64,000 nucleotides of DNA from Octopus sinensis (Eukaryota), in the NCBI RefSeq assembly GCF_006345805.1, contig NC_043006.1, positions 29,512,001 to 29,576,000 on the forward strand, given 5' to 3'. The notes below the pieces were generated by a model. That model did no database searches and was not told the DNA's origin. It saw nothing but the letters and a program-made list of their open reading frames with translations. The position numbers and the translations under genes are program-made. Below are positions 63,931-64,000 of the stretch, in pieces. Position 1 is the stretch's first letter. Every line of letters begins with the position of its first letter.

Positions 63931-64000
63931 AGGAAGACTAACCACTCTTCCCGGCCAAAGAATATGTAGGCACATCAAGTCTCATAGATTTTGTCAGATT

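Overview
AT-rich, microsatellite-dense eukaryotic genomic DNA. The SINE, RTE, Penelope and Helitron repertoire resembles what I recall from Octopus genomes, so a cephalopod origin is inferred, not shown. The window appears to lie inside one large minus-strand gene. Four short exons with canonical splice sites and matching phases (63547-63687, 56117-56232, 32603-32688, 7382-7540) splice into a 502-nt open frame encoding tandem PKD-like domains, suggesting a polycystin-1/REJ-like protein. The three complete introns (about 7.3, 23.4 and 25.1 kb) hold degraded mobile elements: Tc1, mariner, a piggyBac-type MITE, two non-autonomous Helitrons, RTE, CR1/L2-like, Tx1/L1-like, R4/Dong-like and HERO-like LINE fragments, three tRNA-derived SINE families, and a Penelope GIY-YIG remnant with an inverted terminal repeat. 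The most unusual signals are four asymmetric fold-back elements beside (TA)n tracts and several hammerhead-ribozyme-like motifs. These are probably Penelope/retrozyme-derived, and no activity is demonstrated. Almost all ORFs in the supplied track are spurious (microsatellite or SINE-derived).
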